Shown here: positions 41,573 to 53,183 of the stretch, piece after piece
How the letters are laid out: every line of letters starts with the position of its first letter
How positions within the stretch are numbered: position 1 is the first letter of the stretch
NCBI GenBank assembly: GCA_963743335.1
Contig: CAVUPI010000004.1
Location: 191,976-255,975, forward strand
Length of the DNA: 64,000 bases
From: an uncultured Acidobacteriota bacterium
GTDB lineage: Bacteria > Acidobacteriota > Terriglobia > Acidiferrales > UBA7541
Reading direction: 5' to 3'
Program-made: the position numbers and the translations under genes
Notes under the pieces: model-generated
Databases searched by the model: none
Told to the model about the DNA's origin: nothing
Seen by the model: the letters and a program-made list of their open reading frames with translations, nothing else

Positions 41573-42553
41573 TTATCTCGAGAATGGAGTCAATTCACGC
41601 GCCGGCTTCTGCAACGCATCGCGCAGCCCGGTACCGGTGTAATGCAAAAACACGTCGTCAAGCGTCGTCGTCTGCACCAGCACTCGCTTCACGGTCACCT
41701 TTTTCGCGCGCGCCAGATCCATCAGCGCCGCCACCGTCGCCGGCCCATCGTTCGACGTGATGTGAACCATTTCCTCCCGCTGCGTCACTCCCGTTGCATG
41801 CGCCAGCCCGCGCAACTGCTCGATCCAGTCCGCCGGCTCGCCCCCGAATTCCGCCTCGACCACTTCGGTTCCCGGCACGCTATCTTTCAGCCTCGTCGGC
41901 GTATCGAGCGCCGCCAATTTCCCGTGATCGACAATCGCGATCCGGTCGCACAGCTTGTCCGCCTCGTCCATGTAATGCGTGGTCAGCAGAATCGTGAGCT
42001 CCGAGTGATCCCGCAGCTTCCGGATCATCTCCCACACGTTGGACCGCGACACCGGATCGAGCCCCGTCGTCGGCTCGTCCAAAAACATGATCTTCGGCGA
42101 ATGAACCAGCCCGCGCGCAATCTCGAGGCGCCGCCGCATGCCGCCCGAAAACGTCCGAACCAGCGCGTCGCGGAATTTCAGCAGCTCGACCGATTCGAGC
42201 AACCGGTCAATCAAAGCCTCGCGCTCGCTCGACGGCACGCCGTAGAGCTTCGCGTGAATCATCATGTTCTCTTGCGCCGTCAGCTCCGGGTCGGATGTGA
42301 ACGCCTGCGGAATCACGCCGAGTACGCCTCGAACGCCGTCCGCGTCCGTGCGAATGTCGTGCCCGCCGATGCGCGCCGTGCCTGACGTCGGCGGCGTCAG
42401 CGTCGTCATCATGCGGATCAGCGTCGTCTTCCCCGCCCCATTCGGCCCCAGCAGCCCGAAAATCTCCTGCTGCTCGACGTCAAAGCTGACGTCGTTGACC
42501 GCCGTGAAGTCCCCGAACTTTTTCACCAAATGATCGACTTCAATCGCCTTCAT
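41573..42553 (-). CDS. ABC transporter ATP-binding protein (DrrA/ABC-2 type)
   Basis: Walker A GPNGAGKTT, signature FSGGMRRRL, Walker B IMFLDEPTTGLD. GGGAG lies upstream of the ATG. Confidence 0.9.
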   Translation of the reverse strand: MKAIEVDHLVKKFGDFTAVNDVSFDVEQQEIFGLLGPNGAGKTTLIRMMTTLTPPTSGTARIGGHDIRTDADGVRGVLGVIPQAFTSDPELTAQENMMIHAKLYGVPSSEREALIDRLLESVELLKFRDALVRTFSGGMRRRLEIARGLVHSPKIMFLDEPTTGLDPVSRSNVWEMIRKLRDHSELTILLTTHYMDEADKLCDRIAIVDHGKLAALDTPTRLKDSVPGTEVVEAEFGGEPADWIEQLRGLAHATGVTQREEMVHITSNDGPATVAALMDLARAKKVTVKRVLVQTTTLDDVFLHYTGTGLRDALQKPARELTPFSR

Positions 42554-42860
42554 CGCAACTCCCGATCCCGCAGAAACCCGTTATGGAGTGCGGCGGCTCG
42601 CCGCCGCTGTTTGCCGTCTGGGCTTGCCCAGGCGTGCGGCAACCGCAAGCCATCGCCGCCGCTCACGCGCGGCTTGGCGTCCTGAATCGCGAGACCCAAA
42701 GCAGATCCCTCTCTGCGTCCCGCGCCCGCAAAATTCGCGGGAAGGCAAAAGCGCGCGGGACTCCGCTCGGGATGACAGAACGAAAGACGCGCGCATCGCG
42801 GCCGCGGCCAGATCCGCGCTCCCGTCTAGCCACCAACCACTCGCCACTAGCCACTTCTTT
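42554..42860. repeat. Intercistronic REP-like segment (307 nt) between the HlyD and ABC ATPase genes
   Basis: It contains the family A core (42585..42601) with its hairpin. It also contains CCACTCGCCACT (42837..42848), which recurs at 63884..63895. Confidence 0.5.
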
Positions 42861-43937
42861 CTACAGTCTCGCAAACCAATTCCTCGCCGGCGGCGGAGGC
42901 AACAGCACCGTCGCCGTCATTCCCGTAAACAATCTCCGCCCGTCGTTCGGCACCGACACCTTGATCGCAAACGTCTTGATGTCGCGCTTGGTCCGGCTCA
43001 CGTCGCGCTGCGTGGCGAAATCATTCTCGACGCCCTTGAAAAACACGGGCCCCTCGATCACCCTTCCCGAAGGCAATCGCACGCGAAGCACCTGCCCGAA
43101 CTGCACGTCGTCGATGTAGCTCTCTTCGACGTCCGCCTGCACCCAAAGGTGATCGACATCGACCACCACCACGATCGGCGAGCCCTGCGCCACCACCTCG
43201 CCCTGCTTCGCCACGCGCACGGACACGATTCCGTCGATCGGCGCATAAATTTTCGTGTAGCCGAGCTGCGTCGCCGTTTCCGCCTCGTTGGCCCGCGCCT
43301 GTTCGAGCTGCGCGATCGTCGTCGCGACCTCGCTCTGCCGCACGTCGACCTGCTTCCGGTTCGCTTGCGCCACATCGAACGCCGCCGCCTGCGCGTTCAC
43401 CGAATCCTCGAGCGACTTCACGTTCGCCTCCGATACGCGCAGCGTCGCCTCGGCATGGTCGCGGTCCTGCGCCGATTCCACGCCCGCATCAAAGAGGCTT
43501 TGCATGCGCTTGAAATCGGTCTGGTCGCGCCACAGGCTCGCCTTCGCCTGATCGAGCTGCGCGCGCTGCGAGGTCAGCGTCGCTTCCGCCTGCTTCAGCG
43601 ACGCGCCCGTCTGGTCGTCCGTCCACGTAAAATTGTGATTCGCTTCGTGCACCTGCGCTTCGAGGCTCGCTACGTTGGCTTTCGCCGCATCCAGGCTCGC
43701 TTCGAGCTCCTTCGGATCGAGCTCCGCGATCAACTGGCCCTTCTTCACTTCCGACCCTTCGTCGACAGTCAAATTCACGATCCGCCCCATAATCTGCGGG
43801 CTCACGATCACTTCATTCCCGTCGACGATTCCCGTCAGCGGAATCGCGCTCCCGCGCGGCGTCGTCAGGAGGTATGAAACGAGCGCGATCACAAAAACCG
43901 CCCCGATCAAAATGAACGGCTTGAGGTTCGTCTTCAT
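42861..43937 (-). CDS. HlyD-family membrane-fusion (periplasmic adaptor) protein
   Basis: N-terminal TM helix, biotinyl-lipoyl-like V.EG..VKKGQLIAELD, a long coiled coil, and C-terminal barrel-sandwich motifs (I.AP.DG.V). ATGA overlap with the tetR stop. Confidence 0.85.
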   Translation of the reverse strand: MKTNLKPFILIGAVFVIALVSYLLTTPRGSAIPLTGIVDGNEVIVSPQIMGRIVNLTVDEGSEVKKGQLIAELDPKELEASLDAAKANVASLEAQVHEANHNFTWTDDQTGASLKQAEATLTSQRAQLDQAKASLWRDQTDFKRMQSLFDAGVESAQDRDHAEATLRVSEANVKSLEDSVNAQAAAFDVAQANRKQVDVRQSEVATTIAQLEQARANEAETATQLGYTKIYAPIDGIVSVRVAKQGEVVAQGSPIVVVVDVDHLWVQADVEESYIDDVQFGQVLRVRLPSGRVIEGPVFFKGVENDFATQRDVSRTKRDIKTFAIKVSVPNDGRRLFTGMTATVLLPPPPARNWFARL

Positions 43938-44572
43938 CGGGCCTTCTCTCCCTGTATCGCGAGTCCGTGCTCGAGAAAATCCAGCAGCGCGCGTTTCCGC
44001 GCGGCCACCGCCTCCGGCGCCAGCAAATCCCGTCCGGCGACTCGGCCCAGCATCACGGCGGCGGCGAAATACGAAGTCGTCATCTGAATCGTGAGCATCG
44101 CGATCTGATCCGCATCCACGGTGCGAAACTCTCCCTGCGCGATCCCTTCTTCCACCGTCCGCGCAAACTCACGATGCAGCGGCCGGAACAGTTCCTTCAC
44201 CATCCCGCCGAATTCGGGACTCGACTCCATCGCCTGCCGCTGGACGAGCCGCGGATAGTTCGGATGCGCCGCGAGAAAATCGAAATATCCGTTCACGCAT
44301 TGAAAGAATCGCTCGCGCGGCGAAAGCTTCTTTTTCGTCGGCGCGAACACCGACGACCGCAACTGCCGCGTAAGATTTTCGAGCACCGCGCGATGCAGCC
44401 GGCGCTTGTCGCCGAAGTAGTAGTACAGCATCGCCTTGTTGGCATGAGCGGCCGTGGCGATCTCCTCTGTGCGCGCGCCTGCCAGGCCGCGCGCGGCAAA
44501 ATGGCTTTCGGCGGCGGCCAGAATTCGCCGCGCCGTTGCCGGGTCTTCAACTCTTCTACGTCCGCGCGCCAT
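43934..44572 (-). CDS. TetR/AcrR-family transcriptional regulator
   Basis: N-terminal HTH ILAAAESHFAARGLAGARTEEIATAAHANKAMLYYYFGDK. Confidence 0.85.
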   Translation of the reverse strand: MARGRRRVEDPATARRILAAAESHFAARGLAGARTEEIATAAHANKAMLYYYFGDKRRLHRAVLENLTRQLRSSVFAPTKKKLSPRERFFQCVNGYFDFLAAHPNYPRLVQRQAMESSPEFGGMVKELFRPLHREFARTVEEGIAQGEFRTVDADQIAMLTIQMTTSYFAAAVMLGRVAGRDLLAPEAVAARKRALLDFLEHGLAIQGEKAR

Positions 44573-44579
44573 GTTTATT

Positions 44580-45563
<984 letters not shown>

Positions 45564-45594
45564 GGTTCCTCCAGGAAGCGGGTCGATATTATTC

Positions 45595-45610
45595 AACTAA
45601 CTGGTTAGTT
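45595..45610. promoter_or_regulatory. Perfect 7-2-7 palindrome AACTAAC-TG-GTTAGTT, candidate TetR operator
   Basis: It lies 32 nt upstream of the AKR start codon, at the head of the AKR-tetR-hlyD-ABC-ABC2 gene string. Confidence 0.4.
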
Positions 45611-45804
45611 TAATGGGGATGGGATCGACTGTCAAGATCATGGAGTCTTTGCGCACACCTCATATATCGAGTGTCTCTTCTTAACTGATTACACACTCAG
45701 TACTATCGCCGACGGACGACTCGCAGCGTAGACTGCCTTTTCATGGGCGACTTTCAAACCCGATGGGCGGCGTACCGACGGACTCTTGAGAAGCGGGCGG
45801 CAGA

Positions 45805-45843
45805 CCACCCGGCCCAATGGGTGGCACTAATGTGCGTTTTTTT
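45805..45843 (+). terminator. Terminator-like tandem hairpins followed by a T7 tract, plus strand
   Basis: CCACCC-GGCCCAAT-GGGTGG (45805..45824), then GCAC-TAAT-GTGC (45824..45835), then G TTTTTTT (45837..45843). There is no annotated plus-strand gene upstream. Confidence 0.3.
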
Positions 45844-46080
45844 CCTTCCTTGCGGGAGTAAATACGACTTGCACGCTGTTCGACGAGCGTGTTCTACCTC
45901 ATTTCAGCATTCCACTCAAGATCTATGCGGTAGCCACGTCGTTTATCTGTGTCGGACTTGTTGCCCTCGCAGTGGTAGAAACCTTGCGTCGCAAGAAAAC
46001 GTCAACCTGACGCCCTTAAACCGGCTGCCCGCCTTCGACATTTTCTGCGCGCCCGGACTCTCGAACACTCGTCGCTCGCT

Positions 46081-47214
<1,134 letters not shown>

Positions 47215-47332
47215 AGTTCCGCAATCCCGTTTGCCAAATAAAGGTGGGTTTGTAGGGGCGCTGCTTGCCGCGCCCGATTTACGCAACGCGCCGAATTCGG
47301 CAGGGCCCTCATGACGCTCGCACGGCCGCGGA

Positions 47333-48244
47333 TCATAGAATCTTTTTCCCCAGCCCCGACAGCACCAATTCCACGCCCAGCGTCGCGGTCGTATTATGCA
47401 CATCGATCACCGGATTGATCTCGACCAGCTCGAGCGACACCAGCGCTTTCGTATCCGCGATCATCTCGAGCGCCAGATGCGCCTCGCGGTACGTCACGCC
47501 GCCGCGCACCGGCGTGCCCACTCCCGGCGCGTCCGTCGGATCGACAAAATCCATGTCGAGGCTCACCGCGACGCCCGCAGTGTCATCGTTCGCGAGGCGC
47601 AGCGCGTCCGACATCACTTCGCGCATGCCGCGCTCGTCGATATCGCGCATCGTGAAAATCCGCACGCCCGATTCCTTCACCAGCCGCCGCTCCTTCGCGT
47701 CGAGGTCGCGGATTCCGACCAGCACCACGTTGCGCGGCTCGACCATCGGCTTCAGCGGCGCGAGCCCGGTCAGCTCCGCCGGCCCGTAGCCCATGATCGA
47801 CGCGAGCGGCATCCCGTGCACGTTCCCCGAGGGCGACGATTCCGGCGTGTTCATGTCGCCGTGCGCGTCGAGCCAGATCATGCCGACGCGCTTCGAGTCC
47901 TTGTGATAATGCGTCGCCACGCCCGCCGCCGTCCCCACCGCGATGGAATGGTCGCCGCCCAGCACCAGCGGCATCATGTCTTCTTCCAGCGTCTTGCGCA
48001 CCACCTCGCCCAGGTCCTTGCACGCATCCGCGATTTCGCCGAGATACTTCGCGTTCTTCTCGCCGTAGTGCTGCTCTTCCGGCTGCCGCACGGGGATGTT
48101 GCCGATATCCTCGATCTGCCGCCCCAGTTGCTTCAGCCGCTGGTGCAGCCCCGCGACGCGCAGCGCAGACGGCCCCATGTCGACGCCGCGCCGGCTGGCC
48201 CCCAAGTCCATCGGCACCCCGATAATCCGAATCTTCTCCGCCAT
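47333..48244 (-). CDS. rocF: Arginase
   Basis: Mn-binding motifs GGDHSIAVG, DAHGDMNT and SLDMDFVDP. Confidence 0.9.
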   Translation of the reverse strand: MAEKIRIIGVPMDLGASRRGVDMGPSALRVAGLHQRLKQLGRQIEDIGNIPVRQPEEQHYGEKNAKYLGEIADACKDLGEVVRKTLEEDMMPLVLGGDHSIAVGTAAGVATHYHKDSKRVGMIWLDAHGDMNTPESSPSGNVHGMPLASIMGYGPAELTGLAPLKPMVEPRNVVLVGIRDLDAKERRLVKESGVRIFTMRDIDERGMREVMSDALRLANDDTAGVAVSLDMDFVDPTDAPGVGTPVRGGVTYREAHLALEMIADTKALVSLELVEINPVIDVHNTTATLGVELVLSGLGKKIL

Positions 48245-48283
48245 AAGTACGTTCGCCTATCACATCGCGCGAACAACACGCCG

Positions 48284-48325
48284 TTGTAGCGGCCGCCTTG
48301 CCTTTAGGCGGGCGCTTTTGACTTT
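48284..48325 (+). repeat. Interspersed repeat family B (TTGTAGCGGCCGCCTTGCYTTTAGGCGSGCGCTTTTGACTTT), copy 1
   Basis: 40/42 identical to 49800..49841 in the same orientation. It contains an internal CCGCCT-N7-AGGCGG hairpin. Confidence 0.75.
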
Positions 48326-48370
48326 CGGTTTGTCGCCAACTGGTCGCTATCCAGATCAGGCAATGCGGCA

Positions 48371-49690
48371 CTAAGGATAGACGCGATACAGCATGCGTGG
48401 GAAGGGAATCACTTCGCGGATGTGCTCCGTCCCGCAAATCCATGCGACCGTGCGTTCGAGCCCCAGCCCGAATCCCGCGTGCGGGACGCTCCCATACCGC
48501 CGCAAATCGAGGTACCACTGCAGCGATTCCTCGGGGATGCCCTGCTCGTGGATTCGCTTCAGCAGCGTTTCGTAGCTCGATTGGCGCTCGCCACCGCCGA
48601 TAATTTCGCCGTACCCCTCCGGCGCGATCATGTCGAAATTCAGCGCCAGCTCGGGACGCGCGGGATCGGCCTCCATGTAGAAAGCCTTCATCGCCGAGGG
48701 ATAGCGATGAATGATCACCGGCTTCTCGAAATTTTTCGAAAGCAGCGTCTCTTCGTCGCCGCCGAAGTCGTCGCCGAACTTTGCCGGGTTCCCGGCCTTC
48801 TGCAGCACGTCGATCGCCTCTTCGTAGGTGATGCGCGGAAACGGCGGCGCGATTTTCTCGAGCTTCGAAATATCACGCCCCAGCGCAGTCAATTCCCTGC
48901 TCCGGTTTTTCACCACCGATTGGACAATCGCGCTCACCAGCCCTTCGCCCAGCTCCATCATGTCCGCAAGGTGCGCGTACGACGCTTCGGGCTCGAGCAT
49001 CCAGAATTCGGTCAGGTGCCGCCGCGTCTTCGATTTCTCGGCGCGAAACGTCGGCCCGAACGTATACACCTTGCCCAGCGCCGCGGCCGTCGCCTCCGCA
49101 TACAACTGCCCCGACTGCGTCAGGTACGCCTTCTGATCGTCGATGTAATTCACTTCGAAAAGCGTGGTCGTGCCTTCGCAGGCGGCGGGAGTAAAGATGG
49201 GCGCGTCCGTCAGGATGTAGCCCTGATCGTCCATGTAATTGCGCGCCGCGCGAATGGCTTCCGCGCGAATGCGCAAAATCGACGCCTGCCGCGGCGTGCG
49301 AATCCACAAATGCCGCCGGTCGAGCAGGAAATCGACGCCGTGCTCCTTCAGTTGAATCGGATAAGGATCGGATTCCGGCACGCGCTGGACAATCTCGACC
49401 GCCGCGATGTGCATCTCGCAACCACCAGGCGCGCGAGGTTCGGCCTTGATCGCGCCCGCCACGATCACACTCGATTCCTGCGTCAATCCCTTGAGCGCGC
49501 CAAACGCCTCCGGATTCTCCTTCAGCGACACCACGCCCTGAATGATCCCCGTGCCGTCGCGAAAAATCGGAAACAACAGCTTCCCCGACTCGCGCAAGTT
49601 GTAAAGCCACCCGCGAATCACAACGGTCTGCCCGGCATACTCCGAGGCACGCTCAATCGTGATAACAGGGTTCACCGAGTTCGTATTCAT
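48371..49690 (-). CDS. asnS: Asparagine--tRNA ligase
   Basis: OB-fold N-terminus ([28 protein letters not shown]). Class II motifs ([18 protein letters not shown]; GFGLGLER). Trimmed to the ATG at 49690 (MNTNS), because the track N-terminus translates repeat family C. Confidence 0.9.
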   Translation of the reverse strand: MNTNSVNPVITIERASEYAGQTVVIRGWLYNLRESGKLLFPIFRDGTGIIQGVVSLKENPEAFGALKGLTQESSVIVAGAIKAEPRAPGGCEMHIAAVEIVQRVPESDPYPIQLKEHGVDFLLDRRHLWIRTPRQASILRIRAEAIRAARNYMDDQGYILTDAPIFTPAACEGTTTLFEVNYIDDQKAYLTQSGQLYAEATAAALGKVYTFGPTFRAEKSKTRRHLTEFWMLEPEASYAHLADMMELGEGLVSAIVQSVVKNRSRELTALGRDISKLEKIAPPFPRITYEEAIDVLQKAGNPAKFGDDFGGDEETLLSKNFEKPVIIHRYPSAMKAFYMEADPARPELALNFDMIAPEGYGEIIGGGERQSSYETLLKRIHEQGIPEESLQWYLDLRRYGSVPHAGFGLGLERTVAWICGTEHIREVIPFPRMLYRVYP

Positions 49691-49703
49691 CTCGTCAGTC
49701 AAA

Positions 49704-49737
49704 GGTTTAAACGTAGCGCCGGGTTCTTCAGCCCGGA
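49704..49737 (+). repeat. Interspersed repeat family C, copy 2
   Basis: 33/34 identical to 34822..34855. Confidence 0.7.
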
Positions 49738-49799
49738 TGTCGGGTGTCAATCACGGGTCCTGCGCACTTAATCGCCCCGACGACAGTTTCGCAAAGCCT

Positions 49800-49841
49800 T
49801 TGTAGCGGCCGCCTTGCTTTTAGGCGCGCGCTTTTGACTTT
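49800..49841 (+). repeat. Interspersed repeat family B, copy 2
   Basis: 40/42 identical to 48284..48325. Confidence 0.75.
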
Positions 49842-49864
49842 GACGTTTCAGCCCCGCAACCTCA

Positions 49865-50728
49865 TCACGGCCGATTCCACGCCTCAGGCGACGCCAACCC
49901 CTTCTTCTCCGCGTGCTCTTCCAATTTATCAAACGTCGCGCGAATCTGATCGAATCCAGGCCCGCCGCCAGGCTGATCTTTCAATTCCAACACCAGCGGC
50001 AACGGCTCCGCCAACCCGGCAAACGCCCCGAGCGCCGCATCCCAATCAATCGTGCCGGCGTACGGCAACAGGTGCTCATCCTTCTCGCCATGATTATCGT
50101 GAATGTGCGTGGTCGCGATACGCGCGCGCATCAGCTCGAAACTTTCCGCCATGTCCGCATCGAGATGCGCGTGCCCGATATCGAAACAAAACTTGAGATC
50201 GAGCCGCGTCTCTTTCACAAACTGCACCAGCGACGCAGGCGCGCCAAGCTCGTTCGGCGTGTTCTCGACCGCTATGGTCACGCCGCGCTGCTTGGCAAAC
50301 AGCGAAAGATGCTCGAGCGAGCTGAACGCCGCATCGTACTTGCGCGGATCGGCCTCCTGGCGGCCGGTCCCCAGGTGCTGGACCAGATAGCGGAACGGCA
50401 CCGTCTCGGCGACATCGATCGCGCGCTTCACTTCATCCACCGCGTCCACGCGGCGCACGCGCTCCGTCTCCGAAATCGAAATGGGAATCCCGCTGTCGCG
50501 CCCGGGCGAAGAATTACGCTCGGTGGGTGAATGCAACGATTGCAACTTGAGTCCGGTTTCCTCGAGCGTCCCCGCCAGCTCGCGGATCGCCTCCGGCGAC
50601 CGGTACGTGAAATGCGACGACGCGCAGAAAATCTCCACGCCGTGAATTCCGGCCCGCGCGATTTCCTGCAACAGCTCCCTGCTCAGCGGCTGATGAACAT
50701 ACCGGTACGTCGAAAGAATGCGTCGCAT
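49865..50728 (-). CDS. Sugar phosphate isomerase/epimerase (xylose-isomerase-like TIM barrel)
   Basis: 287 aa with the family pattern G..GVE.......F...........L...GL...S.H.P.......; ..IAVEN....; D.GH...; HIHDN. Confidence 0.75.
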   Translation of the reverse strand: MRRILSTYRYVHQPLSRELLQEIARAGIHGVEIFCASSHFTYRSPEAIRELAGTLEETGLKLQSLHSPTERNSSPGRDSGIPISISETERVRRVDAVDEVKRAIDVAETVPFRYLVQHLGTGRQEADPRKYDAAFSSLEHLSLFAKQRGVTIAVENTPNELGAPASLVQFVKETRLDLKFCFDIGHAHLDADMAESFELMRARIATTHIHDNHGEKDEHLLPYAGTIDWDAALGAFAGLAEPLPLVLELKDQPGGGPGFDQIRATFDKLEEHAEKKGLASPEAWNRP

Positions 50729-50845
50729 CCCACCCTCAGTGCAGCATCCATCACGCGCGAAGAATATCTATGGTCCGTGGAAATCGCCCCAACGTCAATA
50801 GCCGTCCCCGCGCAATTAGAGGACTTGCACAGCGAACGATGGAAG

Positions 50846-51049
50846 CTAGAAACGGCCGGAGAGAATCAGCAGGATGATAATCGCGCCGACGAGCAGCAAC
50901 GCGCCCATCCACAAAGGAAAACGCAGGCGGGAACCGCCGGGCGGTTCGAGAACATCCACTCCGGTTCCCTTGCGCGGCGGACGAGTGCCGCGGCTCGAAG
51001 CGGCCAGCGGCTCGGGCTCGACCGGATACTCGGTAAATTCGTACGGCAT
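50846..51049 (-). CDS. Possible small tail-anchored membrane protein (67 aa)
   Basis: ATG ORF in an otherwise empty gap. It has a C-terminal TM helix, LWMGALLLVGAIIILLILSG. No homology was recognised. Confidence 0.35.
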   Translation of the reverse strand: MPYEFTEYPVEPEPLAASSRGTRPPRKGTGVDVLEPPGGSRLRFPLWMGALLLVGAIIILLILSGRF

Positions 51050-51367
51050 GGGCGAATCTTAGCACCAGCGCACGTGCCGGTTCAATCAAGGGGCCTAGTG
51101 TCGAATCCCTGCCATGGAATCGGCCCGACTCAGCTCGCGGGCCCCAGATTCCAGGCGAGTGGCGCCAAAATTGGCTCTTCTTGGTCATTTCGAGGCCTTT
51201 TATCCTCCCGCTAGGCGCATCATGGATGCGCGTCTTATTGCAGCTTTTGCGGGCGGCGAAAGTGTTTTTCTCGACCTGGCCAAATCCGCGCCTCGTGAAA
51301 CTTTTCGTCGAGATTTAGTTGAATCCTCCGCGCGGCTGCCAGGATCAAAAGACCCGAGGAGACTTGA

Positions 51368-52369
51368 ATGTCTAAAGAGACGGCAAAGATCGTCCGCTTC
51401 CACGCCACCGGCGGGCCGGAAGTATTGAAAATTGAGGAAGAGCCGATTCCCGAACCGGGAAAAGGCGAAGTGCGGCTGCGCGTTCAGGCCATCGGGCTGA
51501 ACCGCGCGGAAGTCATGTTCCGCAAAGGGCAGTATCTCGAAACGCCCACCTTCCCGTCGAAGCTCGGGTACGAGGCGGCCGGCATCGTCGAAGCAGTCGG
51601 CCCGGATGTCGATAAAAAATGGATCGGCAAAAAAGTCAGCACAGTCCCCGCATTCGTGATGACTCAATACGGCGTGTACGGAGAAGTGGCGATCGCCCCT
51701 CTCAGCGCGGTCGCGGAGTATCCCGAGAAGCTCACACCGGAAGAAGGCACATCGATCTGGATGCAGTATCTAACGGCGTACGGCGCGCTGATCCTGCACG
51801 CCAAAATAACCAAAGGCGATTTCGTGATCATCACGGCGGCCAGCAGCAGCGTGGGACTTGCCGCGATCGAAATGGTGAACGCGGAAGGCGCGGTCAGCAT
51901 CGCGGCCACGCGAAAGTCGACGAAGAAAGACGCGCTGCGGAAACTCGGCGCGGCGCACGTGATCGCAACGGAAGACGAAGATTTTCTCGCGCGCGTAAAC
52001 GAAATCACCGGCGAGCAGGGCGCCCGCGTGATCTTCGATCCCATCGGCGGTAAAGGCGTCGAGTTGCTCGCGCAGGCCGCGGCTCTCGGCGGGACGATCT
52101 ACGAATACGGCGCGCTCGCGCCGGAGCCGACCCCGTTTCCGCTATTCACCGCGCTGGGCAAAGGACTCTCGATCCGCGGATACACGCTGCGCGAGGTGCT
52201 TTTCGACCCGAAGCTAAGGGAGACTGCGGAGAAGTACGTTTTCGATCGCGTGGCGGCGGGCAAGTTCAAGCCCGTGATCGACCGCGTGTTTCCGTTCTCG
52301 CAGATCGCCGAGGCACACCGCTACATGGAGTCGAACGCACAGCTCGGCAAAATCGTCGTGAAGGTTTAA
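51368..52369 (+). CDS. NADPH:quinone oxidoreductase / zeta-crystallin-like MDR
   Basis: GGPEVLKIEE.PIPEPGKGEVRLRVQAIGLNRAE...AASSSVGLAAI, with no structural Zn site. GAGGAG lies upstream of the ATG. Confidence 0.85.
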   Translation: MSKETAKIVRFHATGGPEVLKIEEEPIPEPGKGEVRLRVQAIGLNRAEVMFRKGQYLETPTFPSKLGYEAAGIVEAVGPDVDKKWIGKKVSTVPAFVMTQYGVYGEVAIAPLSAVAEYPEKLTPEEGTSIWMQYLTAYGALILHAKITKGDFVIITAASSSVGLAAIEMVNAEGAVSIAATRKSTKKDALRKLGAAHVIATEDEDFLARVNEITGEQGARVIFDPIGGKGVELLAQAAALGGTIYEYGALAPEPTPFPLFTALGKGLSIRGYTLREVLFDPKLRETAEKYVFDRVAAGKFKPVIDRVFPFSQIAEAHRYMESNAQLGKIVVKV

Positions 52370-52617
52370 CGGCCGCCGAGCCGTTTTCTTCGGCGCGACG
52401 TGCCGTTGGCGAGCCGGCTCGTTTCCGTCGAATTCGTGCACTCGGAGTTGACGACGAGTCCGGTTCCAGTCTGGACGCACAGGACGAGGTACCTGCCCGG
52501 GGCGCCGCCCGCCATTTCGCGGACCCGCGTCCGCGCCTCTTCGAGGCTTCCCGCCGTTCCGCGCCAGAGCACACGATCGACGGGCAGCATCTGAAAAATA
52601 TCGAAGGGATGATTCAT
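52366..52617 (-). CDS. Hypothetical small protein (83 aa)
   Basis: Trimmed to the ATG at 52617, preceded by GGGAGGA. No family was recognised. It overlaps the convergent quinone reductase stop by 4 nt. Confidence 0.4.
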   Translation of the reverse strand: MNHPFDIFQMLPVDRVLWRGTAGSLEEARTRVREMAGGAPGRYLVLCVQTGTGLVVNSECTNSTETSRLANGTSRRRKRLGGR

Positions 52618-53143
52618 GTTGTTCCTCCCGCCGAGCAGCGTTTGCGAATCCGGCAGCCGCCAAGTTCCTGGGCTTGTCCGATCGTGGCGAAGGCCGATAG
52701 CGCTGAACGCCATCCGTGTCGGTACGCTAGGGAACGTTTGAACGTGAGGCTTCGCACAGACGTCGGCCCTGCCGCGAGTGCGCCGTGCAACAGCATCCGT
52801 TGGGTGGATGGACTTTGCGGAGGATCTTGTGCCGTCAGGTTTCGGCGGGGTTTGGCGGTGCGCCTCGCCCTATCGGGGATTGGTCGTCTCGACATAGCGG
52901 CCCCCTGGCGATCGAGTCGATCTGATTTCGCAAGGAACCGTCGCCCGCGAGGAGTGGCGGAAAGATGCTAGAAGAGATACGGGCATTGTATCCCTTTCCG
53001 GCTGCGTGCGCTAGCGTACAATGTGAGGGGTATCGTGTGCTACGGGACTAAGGCATAGCGAAAATCCGGGGGCCATAGAACGTCTGCTAGCCTCGCTGAA
53101 AAATTACGGCGGATCTGAGAATGCCAGCGCGTTGGGGGTGTAA

Positions 53144-53166
53144 GGGGGCGGAACGTTCCCGCCCCC
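53144..53166 (-). terminator. Strong GC hairpin (8-bp all-G/C stem), probable transcription terminator
   Basis: GGGGGCGG-AACGTTC-CCGCCCCC lies 18 nt downstream of the stop of the 53184..53546 gene. Only a weak U tract (UUAC) follows. Confidence 0.4.
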
Positions 53167-53183
53167 CGATCAACGTGGATCGA

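Noticed and set aside
45822-45836. A sigma-54-like promoter, TGGCAC-N-TGC.
   Set aside because: The GG-to-GC spacing is one nt short of the -24/-12 consensus, and no plus-strand gene lies downstream.
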